Source of the DNA: Octopus sinensis
Lineage: Eukaryota
NCBI RefSeq assembly: GCF_006345805.1
Contig: NC_042999.1
Location: forward strand, 71,982,001-72,046,000
DNA length: 64,000 bases
Direction: 5' to 3'
Position numbers and translations under genes: made by a program. The notes under the pieces were generated by a model. That model was given only the letters and a program-made list of their open reading frames with translations. It ran no database searches and was not told where the DNA came from. Shown here in pieces: positions 14,501 to 30,386 of this stretch. Numbering within the stretch: position 1 is the first letter of the stretch; each line of letters begins with the position of its first letter.

Positions 14501-16101
14501 TCTTTCTTGAGCAATCAACCAGATCAAAAACACGTTACCCTTCTGCACCTTGCGAAAGAGCTAGAAATGTTTCGTGTTTCGTTCCTCACAAAAATTAAAT
14601 TAATTCAACATTCTGTAATCTTGTATTATTTTTGAGACGCACATATTCAACAATTTCCGTCATCTCAGTAATTTTCTAAGACAGATATATATAAAGTACA
14701 TCATTGCAATGAACAGTACTATTTATTTAAGACACTTCTTAATGGACATCTTAATCGGGTTTTGATACTCTTTTAAGTAATAATTTACTACTCTACAATG
14801 TCATTCAGAAATTTATAATTTTGTATTTTTATTTTACTTATAACAGGGACATAAGTAATAATTCCTTATCTACGATTCCTCCAGATTGTTTTGCTGGTCT
14901 ATGGAGATTGCAGTCTCTGTGAGTAATGAATATCTTCTTTTCTCCTTGCTAACTTGTGAAATACTTCAGAGGCTAATGAAAACGATATGTTGAAAGATAT
15001 GTAATATGTAATGAGGATATTCCTTAGTCTGATCTAAATGAAACTGAATGAACTAAACACATGATTTTTTTCATGTGTATATGTATATATGTGTTTGTGT
15101 GTGAGGAGAAAAAACAGCGTTTTTTCAAGGTTTTGGAGGCACGTAGAGAAATTGAGGACGAAACCAGAACAAATGGATTACCTTTATACTGGATACTTGC
15201 TTCAAATTCTTGCAATATTGCGGATTTCGCTACAGGCATAGGTAATGGTGTGAAACCGAGTGATGGCGTCAATCTACCTTCAAAGAGCAAGTACAATCTT
15301 TTAAAAACGCTTGCCTACAGCTTCCGTCTAAATGCACTCATTAAAAGTATCGAGCGGGATTTGAATTTGCTAAAGGCACAACTATACTTACAGCACAAAA
15401 ACTACAACCTGTTATCCTTACAACAAAACAGAGCTGGATAGATGGCAGCTTTATAATCATTCTACAGCTAAACTCTAAACACACACGCTGTAAGTAAAAA
15501 AAAAAAAAAAGAGAAAAGGTTTTGTTGCAGTTTCCAGTCTACACGGACACGAGAAATGTCAGTCACTACTTCATCAATTTTCATTCTCTCCACACCTTGT
15601 TCACTTAAGACTGAAAACACTCCATGAAATCTTACATGAAAATATTGAACTCTAAATGTACTTTTAGCAGAAATATATTTTGGAAAATGGTTCGGAGTTC
15701 TATGGCTTCACCATTTGTGATTTTAAATCACTTCCTATAGACTCGGAAATTACACTCATTTTGAGCATTTGATTTAGATTTTTGTTTTCATTTTACATTT
15801 AATGCTTTCGTTTGGCTCTACAGTATTCCTCTTCATAATCTGAAAACGAATGTTAAACTTTATCAGTTTACGAGAATTTGCTGTAAATGAAATGCCTTCA
15901 TGTACACAACGATGTATTGCAATGATTTTCTAAAGAAAAATACAAATATATGTATGCTAAATACCAACATATGTATGTATGTATATATGTATGTATGTAT
16001 GTATGTACAGACATACAGTGAAACAGGCAGACAGACAGATAGATAGATTGACGTGTGTGCAAGTGTGCCTTATACTTTTCTTGCCATTATTATTATCATC
16101 A

Positions 16102-16132
<31 letters not shown>

Positions 16133-19100
16133 CATAATCATGATCATTATTATTATCGTCAAGGTAGTGAGCTGGCCGACTCGTTAACACGCTGGGCAAA
16201 ATGCTTAGCGGTATTTCGTCCATTCTCACGTTCTGAGTTCAAATTTCACAAAGGTCGATTTTACTGTCCTCCTTTCCGGAACGATAAAATCTGTACCAGT
16301 TGAACATTGGGTTCAATGTACGCGACGTACCTACTCTCTCGAAATTGCTGGCCTTGTCCCAAATTTTAAATCATTATTATAGCGCAAACTAGCAGAATTG
16401 TTAACGCGTCAGCCAAAATGTTCCGTCACATGTCTTTCAGCTTGATATATTGTGAGTTCAAATGCCACGGAGTTTGTTTTTCCTTTTATCCTCTTAGAGT
16501 CGATGAAATAAGTATCAGTTGAACACTGGGGTCTGTGTAATCGACTTATTCCCTTCACGCGAAATTGTTGTCCTTGTTCCGGAATTTTAAACCATTATTA
16601 TGGAAAGCGTTTCTTTAGCAGTTTTCACCTCTCTACTGTACAACCCGGTGCATCTCCGTGTTGCTAAGGTGCGTGCGCTATCATGTCCTTTTTTTATCAG
16701 GACTGAGATTGCAGACACTCGTTTTCCTTTTTGTGCATTGCACCAGTTCGTTTTGTTAAGGAATTAGTTTCTTGTATCTTATTACATTTGTGTATGGTAT
16801 AATATGCATGGGCATAAATCTATAGCGTATGTTGCATGAGATGTGTTATATTAGGTTGTGAGTTGCTTTATAAAGGGTATGCATTTGTGAAGATTGTTCA
16901 ATTTGAGCTCTTCTCTTGAATTGGTAGTGTCTTGCACAAGACGTGGTATACTCCTGGCAGAGCTATTTTGAGGACACCATGAAGTGTTCGCGTTTTTTCG
17001 CTTATTCAACATCTCGTTATTATCCTGCCAGTTTTGTTTTCCTACGTATAAAGTTATATTACGTAATTTTAAGTATCTAATACAGTGATTCTCAGCAGGG
17101 ACCCATATGGCCCTTGAGGGTCCATGTAGGATTTGTGGTGGGGTTCACGTCAACAACATACTAAATTGGGCATTCAAAATAATATTTTAAGAGTCCGTGA
17201 TAAAACGTTGCTTTAGACGTGTATATTGGTATGTATTGCAAGAAAGATCTAGGTTTACGTCGCTAATATTATACAAAGTTCAGGCTACATAAGTTAATGC
17301 GCGAAAAACAAAATACGACTTTTAAAATAAGTCTCTATAAAACTAGATTTTAAACACTGAATGGCTACGGGGTCTACCAAAATAAAATAATAATCATAAG
17401 GTGTCCATAGATAGAAAATAGTTGAGATTCTAAATAGTTTAGATTCTGATACTTTTCGTTTGGTTTATACAAGGAAGAAGCTTTCTATAGATTCAGAAAT
17501 TCACCTTGATCTCCAACATTTTCAACCAGTCATTTAAAATTCTGACGCAGTTACCAGTGCTCTTCTAACTGGGATAATGATTTTACGGCAATTTCAATTT
17601 CTCTTATGGTCTGTGTTTTGGGTCGTATTATTTTCCTATTTTGTCACACACTTCTTTCTATTACTGTAGCATCAAACGTGCAACTAACATCGATTAAATA
17701 ATACACTCTATTCGCATTGTTGGACGTGGTAATATATGAGCGTGAATGTTCCTTTTGTCCATTCATTTCTAATTTTCATAGACCACAGAACTTTTACACT
17801 GTCATTTGTTGTTTCCAAATACAAGTTACGCTTTATAAGAGTTATATCATTTCCCCTCATCTTGAAATTCAAATATTTCTAGAATACCAAATCGTAAAAT
17901 GGTAGCAAATTTTGTCTCCAGTTCTTACAAACCGTCTGAGTAAGCATCTTACTTGCAGACTTGCAGAGAACACATGCGCAACATTCTATTCTCTATAGGC
18001 ATATGATCTACATACAGATGCGGTAGCTTTCGTATATATAGTTCGATTAACTGAAAAAAGTTCTATTTATATTTCATGGTTGCCGGGTGTGCGAATAGGA
18101 ATGCAATAGTTAAGGAATGAAGTAGATAAGCTCCGGATTACATGTTTCATAGCGAGTGGAGCCTCAGAAGTGATAAATATCCAAGCTATGTGTATACCGC
18201 AGGTTACTCTTCAGGCCAAGTGTATCTTGAAAAAATGAAAATTTACATTGTCGCAAGGAAGTACATGTTAAGGCATGGAAGATTCAATCAGAATGTGTAG
18301 AGAGAACAGTAGGAGAGGAGAATATAAAGTAGAGAGAAATAAAGATTAAAAGAAAGAAAAAAAAATACTTAAGGGGGTGAGAGGAATGAGGAATTTCAGC
18401 TAGGTCATTTGACTGGTTGTATTCATAGGGCTGTTTTGGCCTAATCACAGAAATGTCCAAGGGTAGTGGTATTTGAAAAAAAAATAATTTGGAGGGAAGA
18501 GGGTGGGGAAATATTTTTGATCATGGGCAAGAAAAAAGTATACAAGGAGAAAGCCTCCAAGTATCCTGATTGCTAGATCCTGCGCAGTTAAGAACAAACC
18601 ACCCATCCATTTTCGAACTCTTTTATTTAGCTATTGAAATAATTCCTTACTTTCATACTCTTCATTCGTTAAAAAGAAATCGAAAAAATCGTTTCAGGAT
18701 TAAATAATCGTTCTTGGGTAAAGCACAGCTCCAAATCTTTGCGGGATAGACGGAAATATTTGATTAGATTAAATCCAATATTTTATATTATCAGTAACGG
18801 AAGAATGAAATGAAAAGAATACATCCGAAAAAAATAGCTATAATTCGAAAATATACATAGCATCAATAGTAAACTTTTAAATACTTTTTTCCCCAGGAAT
18901 TTGGCTGACAACCAATTGACAGAAATAGAAAATGACACTTTTGTTGGTTTATCAGGATTGCGTTCTTTGTAAGTATGAATAAAATGATTTTTATTCTATC
19001 CATATTTTATTTTTCCTTTATATTGATCTATTTTCTTTTTTTATCTTTCTTTAGAATGGCATGCAGTATTATAACTAAAATATTATATTCACATCTTGAT

Positions 19101-21894
19101 GCGTACAATACAAGACACATACAATAGTTTCAATTGATAAAGAGAGTTGGGTAATATAATGAAATATGTTTATTATAGTTCCTAGACGTTGTTCTGTTAT
19201 ATATAAAAAAATATTTACCGTGTTATTTACTCCTTAATATCGATAACTATCATAATGATGTGTTTGTGTTTTGTCATCCCCATTATATCAGTACCTACAC
19301 ATGAAAAATAGGTTTTATTTAGAATGCTAACTATATTGTAGTACTATCGGCTTAAATTATTTTCTGAATGCAACTGGTTTTGCAGATTGTTATGGTAATA
19401 CTTAATCTTACAGCAAGCATGTTTCGAACAAACTTGAGAAAATGTGTATATATAAAAAGGGAGAGAGGGAGAGTAAGAAATATATACATATATACATTTT
19501 TATACAATTTATAAGATCGAAATAACTTTTAGGAATCTATAAAATCGAAAATAAGTAGCAAAATATTTTCCATGAAAAATGTTTTCCATAGGTTCATAAA
19601 GCTTCATGAGAGTTATTTGTGTGTGTGTGCGCGTCTTTGTGTTCATATTATATGTATGCGTGTGTTTACTTTTGGAGACTAATGAATATATGTTATACGT
19701 TGATTAGTGTGTTGAGTAAAGCACATTCACAGTTTGGGCTATCTGGTGTCAGTTGCGGTTAGGGTATATTTCCGTTGGATCTAATTCAGGAATTTCACAG
19801 TGTTTGTTGAGATAATAGTAATCGATGAATGACGCGGATGATGGATGTAGCATCAGTCTTTATTCAGTACGAAGATCGTTTCGACCCCTCCTTCGACTGT
19901 CCTTCATGGGTGGGATGTTGTGCATACAGTTGTGTTGGATCGACCTGTGCAATCTGGGTCTCATCAGCTACGGGCATACATAATGTGGTGTCCCGCTAAA
20001 TATGTTGAGTTTTCGCAGTCATGTTGATTTCAGCCCGTTGTATCCGGGGCTAACTACAGCTGTACTTATGTGAAATAGTCATTACAAAATAATCATAAAC
20101 ATAAAAGTATAAAGTATAAATATATATATATATATATACATACGAAAAAGTGTATATAAGAAAGTAACAGAGAGTAGGTAAGACATGTTAGAGAGAGATT
20201 AGATTACGATTATTTTGTAATGGCTATTTGATACAAGGACAGTTGTAGCTAGTCCCGGATACAACGGACAGTAATCAACATGGCTGCAAGAACTCAACAT
20301 ATTTAGCGGTACACCACTTTATGCATGCATGTACCTGATGTGACCCAGACTGCACCGATCGATGCAACACAATTATATGCACAACACCTCACCCATCTCA
20401 CCCATGAAGGACAGTTGCAGGAGTGGTCGGAATGGTCATCGTACTGAGTAAAGACTAATGCCAAATCCAAATTCCGCTTCATTCATCGAATATATAGTCA
20501 AGGCGAATAGGTTCGTCAAGCAATTGGTCATCCGTTAGGTTCCAAGTTCACAGCTGTGGCTGGCGCTAGGTAATCCATATTAGGATTCCGTGTTAGCAGG
20601 AGTATATTAGAGGCAACGGACAGCAAAAACCAAGGAAGAACGAACATCTCAAGTAATTTATAATAATTTAGGGTAAGGTAAATTTGAAGTAGTACAGCTG
20701 TTTCTGGAATATCCCAAGTGATAGGCTAGTACGTCGGTACACTGAGTATTCCATCATCAGAGACAAGGTGAGTATGTATGAAAGTTTCTGATAGGGGAAT
20801 TCACAGTTTATAAGGAATAAAATAGAAAAATAAAGAGTAAAATAGACAGAAGAATACTGACAGAAGAATAATGTTCACAGTTCATCTTTTCCCAGAAGAT
20901 ATGAAAATTGGTCCGCACTTCCCGGAAAACATAGGCTCTTACATATAATCTCAGGTAAATCCAGGAAATATTTTAGTAGTATTTTGAATGATACCTTCAT
21001 GTTGATTTAAGGCGGGGGTCTTAAATCGTCTCCTCATGCTTTTCGACAGATTATTATTATATTTCTTAGTTGAAATAGCTATCAAGAATGCATGTCAAAA
21101 CTCCTGAGAAAGATATTCATGATAACCTTAGATCGTTCAGGAGAATATATAACTTCCATTTGCTGGAATGACGAACCGGGTAAATTCATGTAAACTCAAA
21201 TTTGAGGCAGTATTAAAGCTACGTTCACAATAAACCGTTGAGGTTGGATGAGGTGTAAAATAAAACAATAAACGAGAGAGAGAGCGAAGACGTCAGGAAG
21301 AAAGAAAGATTTACTATTATTGCTAATAATTCGATTTGATATTGGCGTCAGATGCAAAAGTAGGAGTAACATGTCCAAGTTAATTCATATTATAAGTTTA
21401 TATCTAACTAGTTGATGCATTATGTATTTAAACAAGACATTTAAGTTTACGTCATTTGCATGAGAGACGGCAGACAGGTTAGTAGGAACGTATTTAATGA
21501 ATAGAGCCTTCAAAATCTTAAATAGAATAAGTGATGGTAATGATTAATCGATTATGTTCAATTTCCAACGAATATTTTGCTAACGCCGAACACTTATCTG
21601 TCTTATTATGATCTTCTAAGCGAATCATAAACTTCACTGTATTTGCTGAAGTAGTTTAGACTTAATCTCTAAATAAAATACAAAGCTGTCCATCTCTAGG
21701 AGGGGCAAAGTAGAAAATATTTAGGAATTGAATAATTCAGAAGCACTAAGCTTACAAAAGACAATACGAAACTTAGTGTTAACATATTCCATGAAGGGAT
21801 CATTAAATATCTAACAAGTGCGGGGAAATTTTTTCGATGAGAACTTAAAATAATAGTAAAGCATGTACTGTAATGGTTTGAACCATAGCATAAT

Positions 21895-21932
<38 letters not shown>

Positions 21933-22604
21933 ATAATATTAGGGAATATATCCAAATTTACAGGGAAAAAAAATCAGATTAGGATTAAATCCAATTTTAT
22001 AGTAAAATATTATAAAATATTATTTGAGACAAAACCACTATTTTGCAAAACAAACAAGGAAGACTTAATCAATACATAAAATTTAATAAATAGTCAAAAA
22101 AACCGCCACTACAATCGTTTCTTGTCTTGATCGACAATCTTCAGGTGGACTTCCAATCTAAAAATCAAAATTTTAAAATATAAAAATAATACTTTTAAAT
22201 AATTAAAGTATAAATGAAAAAATATAAGTATATAATCCATATATAACCATATATAATCCATATCGAAAATATAGACTAATTACAACGAATTCCCTAAAAA
22301 AAAAAATAAAAAAAAAAAAAAAAAAAAAAACCATGATAAAACAAAACTCTTAAAAACATATAACGATAAAATCTCCCTTTACTAAACTCTATAACAAACC
22401 TATATATATATACGGACATCTTGAGCTTTTTCATTGTAGATGGTTTCAGCGTTGATTTACCAATCTGCAGTCGCAGGTTTCTTCAAATTTCGACACAATC
22501 AAAAGCTAACTTTCGTATTCACTTAAGCATCACAAAGATTCCTACTCTATGAGAACCGCTAAATTTCAAACATTTGAAAATCAACGACCAAAATATTGGC
22601 ATTC

Positions 22605-22666
<62 letters not shown>

Positions 22667-23677
22667 CCAGGCAGTGCTCCAGTATGGCCGCAGTCAAATG
22701 ACTGAGATAAATAAAAGAATAGAAGAATTATTAAAGTGACGAGATTCATTGATGCATGTTTATTATTGATTCTTCGAAAGGCATTAGGATATTATCATGA
22801 AATAATGAAACAGTATAAATTAAACTAATATATGAATGCTTCGAAAACCGGAGTGTATGCCACAAACATACAGATTTGCTTGCTTTATATAAAGATTAAG
22901 GATAGAAAATACATGTTTAGCTTCGATACAGTAGTCTAAATTAAAAAACAGTGGCATATGCAGATGTGCGATGAACAGATACTGTGAATAAGATTATTTA
23001 GCAGCCTTAATTTTTTCAGTTACCATTGTACCATTGTTCCCCAGGTCATGAACTTTGCATGCTGTATCTATCACCTCTGCCGAAAATAGGATTGATCACA
23101 AGTTGATGGACCACCCTAAATTTCCAGGAATTGATTTATGTGATAAATATAAATAAAATATTTTTATTTCGTTTCTATTACATTTTATCTCATAAACTTC
23201 TAGAGGCTCTAGATGGATTGTGATTTTCCGGTTATCCACGCGTAAATTAGAAATTTCAACATTTCATTCAAATTATACATACCTCATATTCGCGATTTCG
23301 GTGTGGTGTCTGTAACCTTTATAGTAATTCCCCTCATTACGCTAGTGCACTATAATAGTCTTTAAAATAATGCAAGAACCTAAACTAGATGAGGTTTTTA
23401 TCTATTTATTTTATGCAATAACAATCAACATAGCTTGCCAGGAGCTAGGTTTGTGAAACAATTTTCCTTACAATTAAAATAAATTTGTTTCAATTACGGA
23501 ACGTATACTATTTATAAATGTGAAAAAAGTTATATTTATCTCTCACATTCGAAAGACTTCGATAGCTCTCCCTTTTTTCTACCCAAAGAGACTTTAAGCT
23601 CAATATTTACACGCTGTTATTACCATTTTTTATGCTTCGATTAAAAACGTTCCCAAAAGAATAACTCACATACACAA

Positions 23678-23730
<53 letters not shown>

Positions 23731-24953
23731 GGTATTACTTTCGCTTAGTAGACAAACAGAAGCAATACAACATTCACTTGAGTCTGCCGAATTAAAAACC
23801 AGTAATTAATGAATTATTCTTGTGGCGTTTTTGTTTTGTTTTTTTATAGAGGATATTTCACCGATATAAAAATCATAAGCAATAATGTTAAACTAGCGGT
23901 ATTAGTATATCAGTTAAAACCTTTCCAAATATAAATTTAAAGCCTTCTGGTTATTGTTACTTACTTAAATGGAATGTAAATTAATAAAAATACTTTAGTA
24001 ACATGTTTTAAGATTCCAAAAATATACACAGATTTAATTACCGTTTTGTTATTTTCCAGGAACATCGAAAGAAATAATATACAAACCATTTTGCCAAACG
24101 CTTTCAGAGGACTTTCCAGTTTAAGCACACTGTAAGTTGGAAAGCCTATTTTACTATGGAATATTTCAGAAACCTCCTAAGTTGAATTAACTTATAGCAT
24201 TTGCGTTTCAAATCATATACATAGGCGCTCACACATGTGCATAGCAGCATACTCTTACACACGTTCTTAATTCACATGCTCACACTCATACACTAATTCA
24301 TATACTTACATACATACATACACCGCTACCAACCAACCGCTGAGCAGGACACCCAATTACCAATCCCCAACGTTTACCAACACTCAACGCATACCAATCC
24401 CCAACGATTGTTTTGCGCGTGTATATGCATGTGTGTATGCATGCGTGTACGTGTGCATGCGTGCGTAAGCGCGTATACATGTGTGCGTGTTCGTCCAAGT
24501 GTGTGTGTGTATGCAGATGTGCGCGAGTTCGCCTATGTAGAGATGCACGCACTCACATTAATACACACATGCACACATAACTACATCAGCGAGTCTGCAC
24601 ACCCACATACACTTGCACATGCCGCCCCTTCCTGCTTCCCCATCAACAGCCTGACCGATGTCCTATCCACCACGTGATCTAGTTCCTCTACTACACGTGG
24701 TTAATTCCTTGTTCACCCTGCGGTACTTTCCGACTAACTGTTACCCATATACCAACATCAAACTACGATCCCTCGTGACCTTCTTCGTCCAATCGTAGCC
24801 CACCTTACGGCAATAACAATTGTCTTCTGTCATTCAAAATGAAAATACCTGACGACTAGCATCACGCTTGAAACTCAAGAGTACCGACGAATTTGTATCA
24901 AACTATTTTGGTTCATAGATGTAACTCCCAATAAATTTGTTGAGTGCCACTCA

Positions 24954-25024
<71 letters not shown>

Positions 25025-27884
25025 ATTTAGATATCTCCGCGTCACTCGCGATTCTCTCAAGCCATTAGTAGCTAATGGTGTCAAATAAAACAAAATGAGG
25101 GATGGTAGGGCTCTCAGGTGTTAAATTCTTTTCAATGAATGGTGTGAAAGAAATGTATAATCGCTAAAGTCTTCGGATATCAGGGGATTTAGTAAATGCT
25201 GCTTTGGAAGTTCCAGCACACTTTAAAGGCATTATAGAAAGAAATATATATATGTGCAAAATCTAATTTTGAAGCAGAAGATTGCGGACCCGATTGGTAA
25301 TATTTACTCTCTAAAATCTTTATCTAATAAAAGGAAAATGTTCTACGCCTCTCTGTATACTGCAAATCTCGAGACGTTCCAACGTACATCGTATGTATTT
25401 GTTGAGGAAATTTATCTCCATAAAATATAACTTCCCTTCTAGAACATATGGATCAAGGAGTTATTTTAGTTTTTACGATATACTGTCAAGGACTGAGAAG
25501 ATTGAATTTACTTACTCTTTCCTACAAACTTCTTGAATGTTCCCTATATCATCAATTATTATTTCTCAAATCATCTAGCGAGTGCAGGTATCTGGTATTG
25601 TTATATGTAAGTCCAGAAAAATGTCCTTGGGGTTTGATACCTTCTTATCTATGAAACTTCTACCGTTACTTTTCATTTTTGTCTTTCAGTGATCTCAGTA
25701 AACAGCGTTTGACATTCATCGAAAAAAATGTTTTCAATGGCCTACGGAAACTTCGATTCCTGTAAGTATATTATATTCATCTCTGTAATATTCGTCGTAC
25801 ACTTCATGTTAGAAATGTTTCCATGTTGCTGACTTAACGTCGATCCGATCGAACTCTTTGTACTCGGCAGTCTTCACACTCGAGACAATGTCATCACCAA
25901 AGTAGAGGAAAATAGTGGAGTCGTGGATGTTTGACGAAATGTTCTCTACAAAGCAGTGGTGCTCTGACAGTTTTGCAACATCGCCTGCTATCACTCCTAC
26001 CCTAAACCCCACAAATCACTCTCAGAATCTCATATCTTCTGCTCTCATTACCTCATCTCCTTTTCACTCCTCTCGCATCACTCCAATTTTCTTTTTCAGA
26101 ATCCTGAAATTCTTGCTCCATAATCTTTCCAACAAAGTTCACAAACCTAGCACCGGATGCTCCATTGTCTCAGACTTTAATTTTCGCACAAAATCCCTAT
26201 GACAATACCTCCTCGCCGTCATCCTATATAGACTAGGAGCTTCACTTCGACCCCATACACTACCTATGATACCCACCAAGTTTTCAGACTCTAAAATCCT
26301 ATACACCTTAAACATTAAGTCTCTATACAACGTTATCCTTACAACGATTGCCTTTCTTCTTTTTAGCGTTTTATTGGCCGCCTCACAGCTTCCACATCTC
26401 ACAGCTTCACCCTTCTCAGTTAAGTTAAATATGTCCTCACTATTAACCGCTGTTCGTTCGTCAGTTGTCTGCGATAGCTATGATCCAGAATGAATCCTAA
26501 ATATGCTTATCTGCTCGTTACCTTGACATTCAGATTATACAGCTCCCAGACACCCCCACCACTAAACTATACGATCGTTGCATTGATGATTGTAATGACG
26601 TGACCTAACTTCCCCGTGAATAATGGAACCCCTTCAGATCTTTTGTCATTTTATTCCACCTCTACTTACAATTCACCACTTCTATTTTTATCATGTTGTG
26701 TTACTATTCTGAACCGCACAATATCCATCTTTTACAAAGCACCCTCTTGCGTCTTTGTAGTTTCTACCATGATTTTGTGACAATTTAAGTAGAATCCAAC
26801 ACTTCTTGCGACATAGATAGCTTCACGCTGGCCAAAGCCGTCCTAACCTGCAATCGCCAAGACGATAGCAACCTCACCGCCATTGTGCCGCTTCTCCCAT
26901 ACCTTCACTCCTCAATAAAACCACTCCATTCCTTTAAGCGTACCTGTAATGAATATTACAGGTACGGGATTGTTTCTGTACACATGCGCTTGTTCAATTT
27001 ACCCTGCTTTACTTGTATGTATGTATGTATGTATGTATGTATGTATGTATGTATGTATGTATGTATGTATGTATGTATGTGCAGATTTGTATGTTTTATA
27101 TATGTATTCTTATGCATATAGTTACATATCTAGATATGCTCATATATATCTAAATGATAAACTTCTGGAAAGTTTTACAGATTTTTACAGTTCCGGTGAT
27201 TGACTGGACCTGTAGTCTTCGAATTAGCTTTCTTCTTTCTGGTTTTGAGAAGCATAATTTCTCAACATTGGTATTTAGGCAGTGTTTTACATATCCCAGG
27301 TCCCCAATAATTACAGGTATAAACCTGAACTTGTAATCTGGATAGAGTAACTGCAGATTTCCCAATAGTCCAGCGTAGGTATCCTCTTCTTCACTGAACT
27401 TCAGCTTTGTTAATATCCGCTGGGCAGCTAATTTTCACAACTGTGCACAGTTTCTCTTCCGTATCATAAATTCTTATATCAGGACCGTTGTGCTTACATT
27501 TTATTAAGGTTTTTACTGATACATTCCACCAGTGCTCTTTCTCATTGTGAGTAACTATGACTTCTACCATATTGTGGGTTTTTATTTCTTTGTCTTCGGG
27601 ATTATCCTCGAAGGATTTCATTATACATTGTCCTAGATAGAACGTCATGTTTCATCGATAGATAATACCGTGATGACATTTCCGGACAACTGCTTATGAT
27701 GTGGGTGATAACTTCAGTGTGAACTCCACAAAATCTGCATCGGTTGTCACATTTTTCGAATTATCTCACATATCTATCCCTTTTGTGTATCAAGTACTTG
27801 GTTGATATTTCCTGTTCCTGGATTGCAAACGTATACCATTCAAAGCTGGAGGTATGTATGTATGTATGTATGTATGTATGTATG

Positions 27885-27915
<31 letters not shown>

Positions 27916-30154
27916 GTATGTATGTATGTATGTATGTATGTACGTATGCATGAATCGATGCTCGTCCTTCGCATCTGTCATTTTCAAGATGGTCATGTTA
28001 CTCAGTACACCACAGAAATCATGTCGCATTCGTGTTTGAAAGTTAGGCTCTAATTATTTCACCAGTATAAACTAAGTCTATTATGTCCACAAGTATTCCA
28101 TTCGTCTCCCAGAGAATTCTTCAAACTCCTCAGGAAAAAAATATGATATTGCAAAGCGAGAATTGTTACGTTTATTCCAGTACAATATTTTCCCGTTTCT
28201 GCTTATGCCTTGTACAATCCATATTTAAGTCATACCTGTTAAGTTACATATTGTCAATTCTGTTTTTTAGAAATCTTTCCGGTAACCAAATAACAAACAT
28301 TGAAGACGGGGCCTTTAATGGACTTAAAAATCTTTTAACATTGTGAGTATTTTCCAACATTTATAGCATTTCATGCTGAATTTCAATTTATCTATTTCTA
28401 TCGAGCAAATTAAACCGTGCAGATGTACTATTACTTTCGTACTTTTACAAACGTTATGAATGTTTTATCTAAAGAGATGTTACATATATCGAAGAAGCCT
28501 TAGCTTCCTTTTATTTACGTTGCGAAAAACTTTTACTATTTAAAGTTGAAAAGTAAGGTTGTTGACGCGAAAAACAGATAACACTATTGTCTATTCTTGT
28601 TATCTAGTCTGGTGCTACTCAGATACAAATATGTTACATTTTCTTCTACGGATGCCGAACTGGTATCCTCCCAATAAATAGAGAATCTATTCCAAAAGTG
28701 TAGTTTGTTGGTCTTAAAATATATATCTGTGTTTGGCTCAGAAACTCATGAACTAGTGTGTGTATGTGTGTGTGTGTAAATGTATGTCTGTACTTTTGTA
28801 CGTTTGTGTATTTGTGTGTTTGTGTATTTGTGTGTTTGTGTATAAATGTCTTTTCTCATGGGTATTACAGCCATAGAGTCAACCTAAATAAGATGACCCA
28901 CTTGATCAAAAGGATCACTGAACAACTTGTCATTACTTGGTTTATTTACAAAATCACATTCACAAAGATTATCTCTTGCCAAGTAATGTCTTGATTAAGA
29001 ATTGAATTTTGACATGTAAATTTGCAAGATGTTTGTCAGTGTAGTTGTTTCTGCTATTTACCGTGATGCTATCTTGAGATTTAAATTTCCTACTCCTTAA
29101 GGACTAAAATCCGTCTTTTCTGCACGCTGGTTCTCCCTGTCCTCCTCTACAGCGCTAGGACTGGGACCAGGTCGAAGAAGAAGAAGAAGAAGAAGAAGAA
29201 GAAGAAGAAGAAGAAGAAGAAGAAGAAGAAGAAATCACCTAAGATCAAGTAGATGCATAAAATAAAACCTTCAAAGCCCCTTAACTCAGCCATTCATTAT
29301 TTCTTGAAAACAAAATCTAACGTTGAACTTTTCAATACATTGGTGGCTAACCACAGGCAAATCGGCGTTGGCACTTCCTTTACAGCTACTCACAACATGC
29401 ACATATCGCAACTTTCGCGTTCAAGTGTAGTTAAAGAGGAACAGAAACTTGATTTAGTGCGAGGTTATCACCATTTTGAAGCGCTCTCACTGCTAACCAA
29501 CCAATATTTTCTTTCAGACTTGAAACAAGTCTTCTACTAAAGACTTTGTTTGCTAATATATTTCTATTCATAATACAAACCTCATTTCTCTTAGCTTTTT
29601 ACTTGTTTCCCTACTAAGTTCACAGTGAAATGCGTATTAATATATAAAAAAAAAGAGTCGTTAACACAGCCATATACACCACAAACACACTCTAGCGAAT
29701 AATTAAAACTCTCTGGTGTGCAAAATGTGTCCAAGTACAAATCGCCACTCTTATCCACTTCACTTTCTGTTACAATATAAATCGATAGGCATTAATAAAA
29801 AGACTGGCTTGGAACCCGACTATTCTCGTGCTAATATAAAGATAATGTAATATATAAAGAAAATGAAAGGATTTTCCTTACGGTTGTTTGTCATTAAACA
29901 TATCATTAGTTATGAACCACTGAAAAACCTCTTAGCACACAATTAAATTTGGTCTCTTTCATTAAATAATACATAACATTTACACTCATACTTTTTAATA
30001 TTATGGTGTTTATTTCATTAACTTCTTGTTTTCACTGTAAATATGTATACGTGTCTATTTTTGTATACACACCGTATATAATACATATATGTATTATGTA
30101 TATAGGCACAGTTGCACGCACATACATGTGCGTATATTTATATAATATATATAT

Positions 30155-30221
<67 letters not shown>

Positions 30222-30335
30222 CACATATATATACACATATATATACACATATATATATAAACATATATATATATACACATATATGCATATATACATATAG
30301 ATAGGTATAGATATATTGTTATATGTACATACATA

Positions 30336-30386
<51 letters not shown>

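Noticed and set aside
15061-15441. 126-aa ORF just downstream of LRR2
   Set aside because: No domain motif and no convincing splice sites in a compatible phase
18131-18172. Other hammerhead-like strings (18131-18172 minus, ~7965-8010 minus, ~39280-39370 minus, ~43515 plus)
   Set aside because: Core or stems I/III do not form; at best heavily decayed or chance matches
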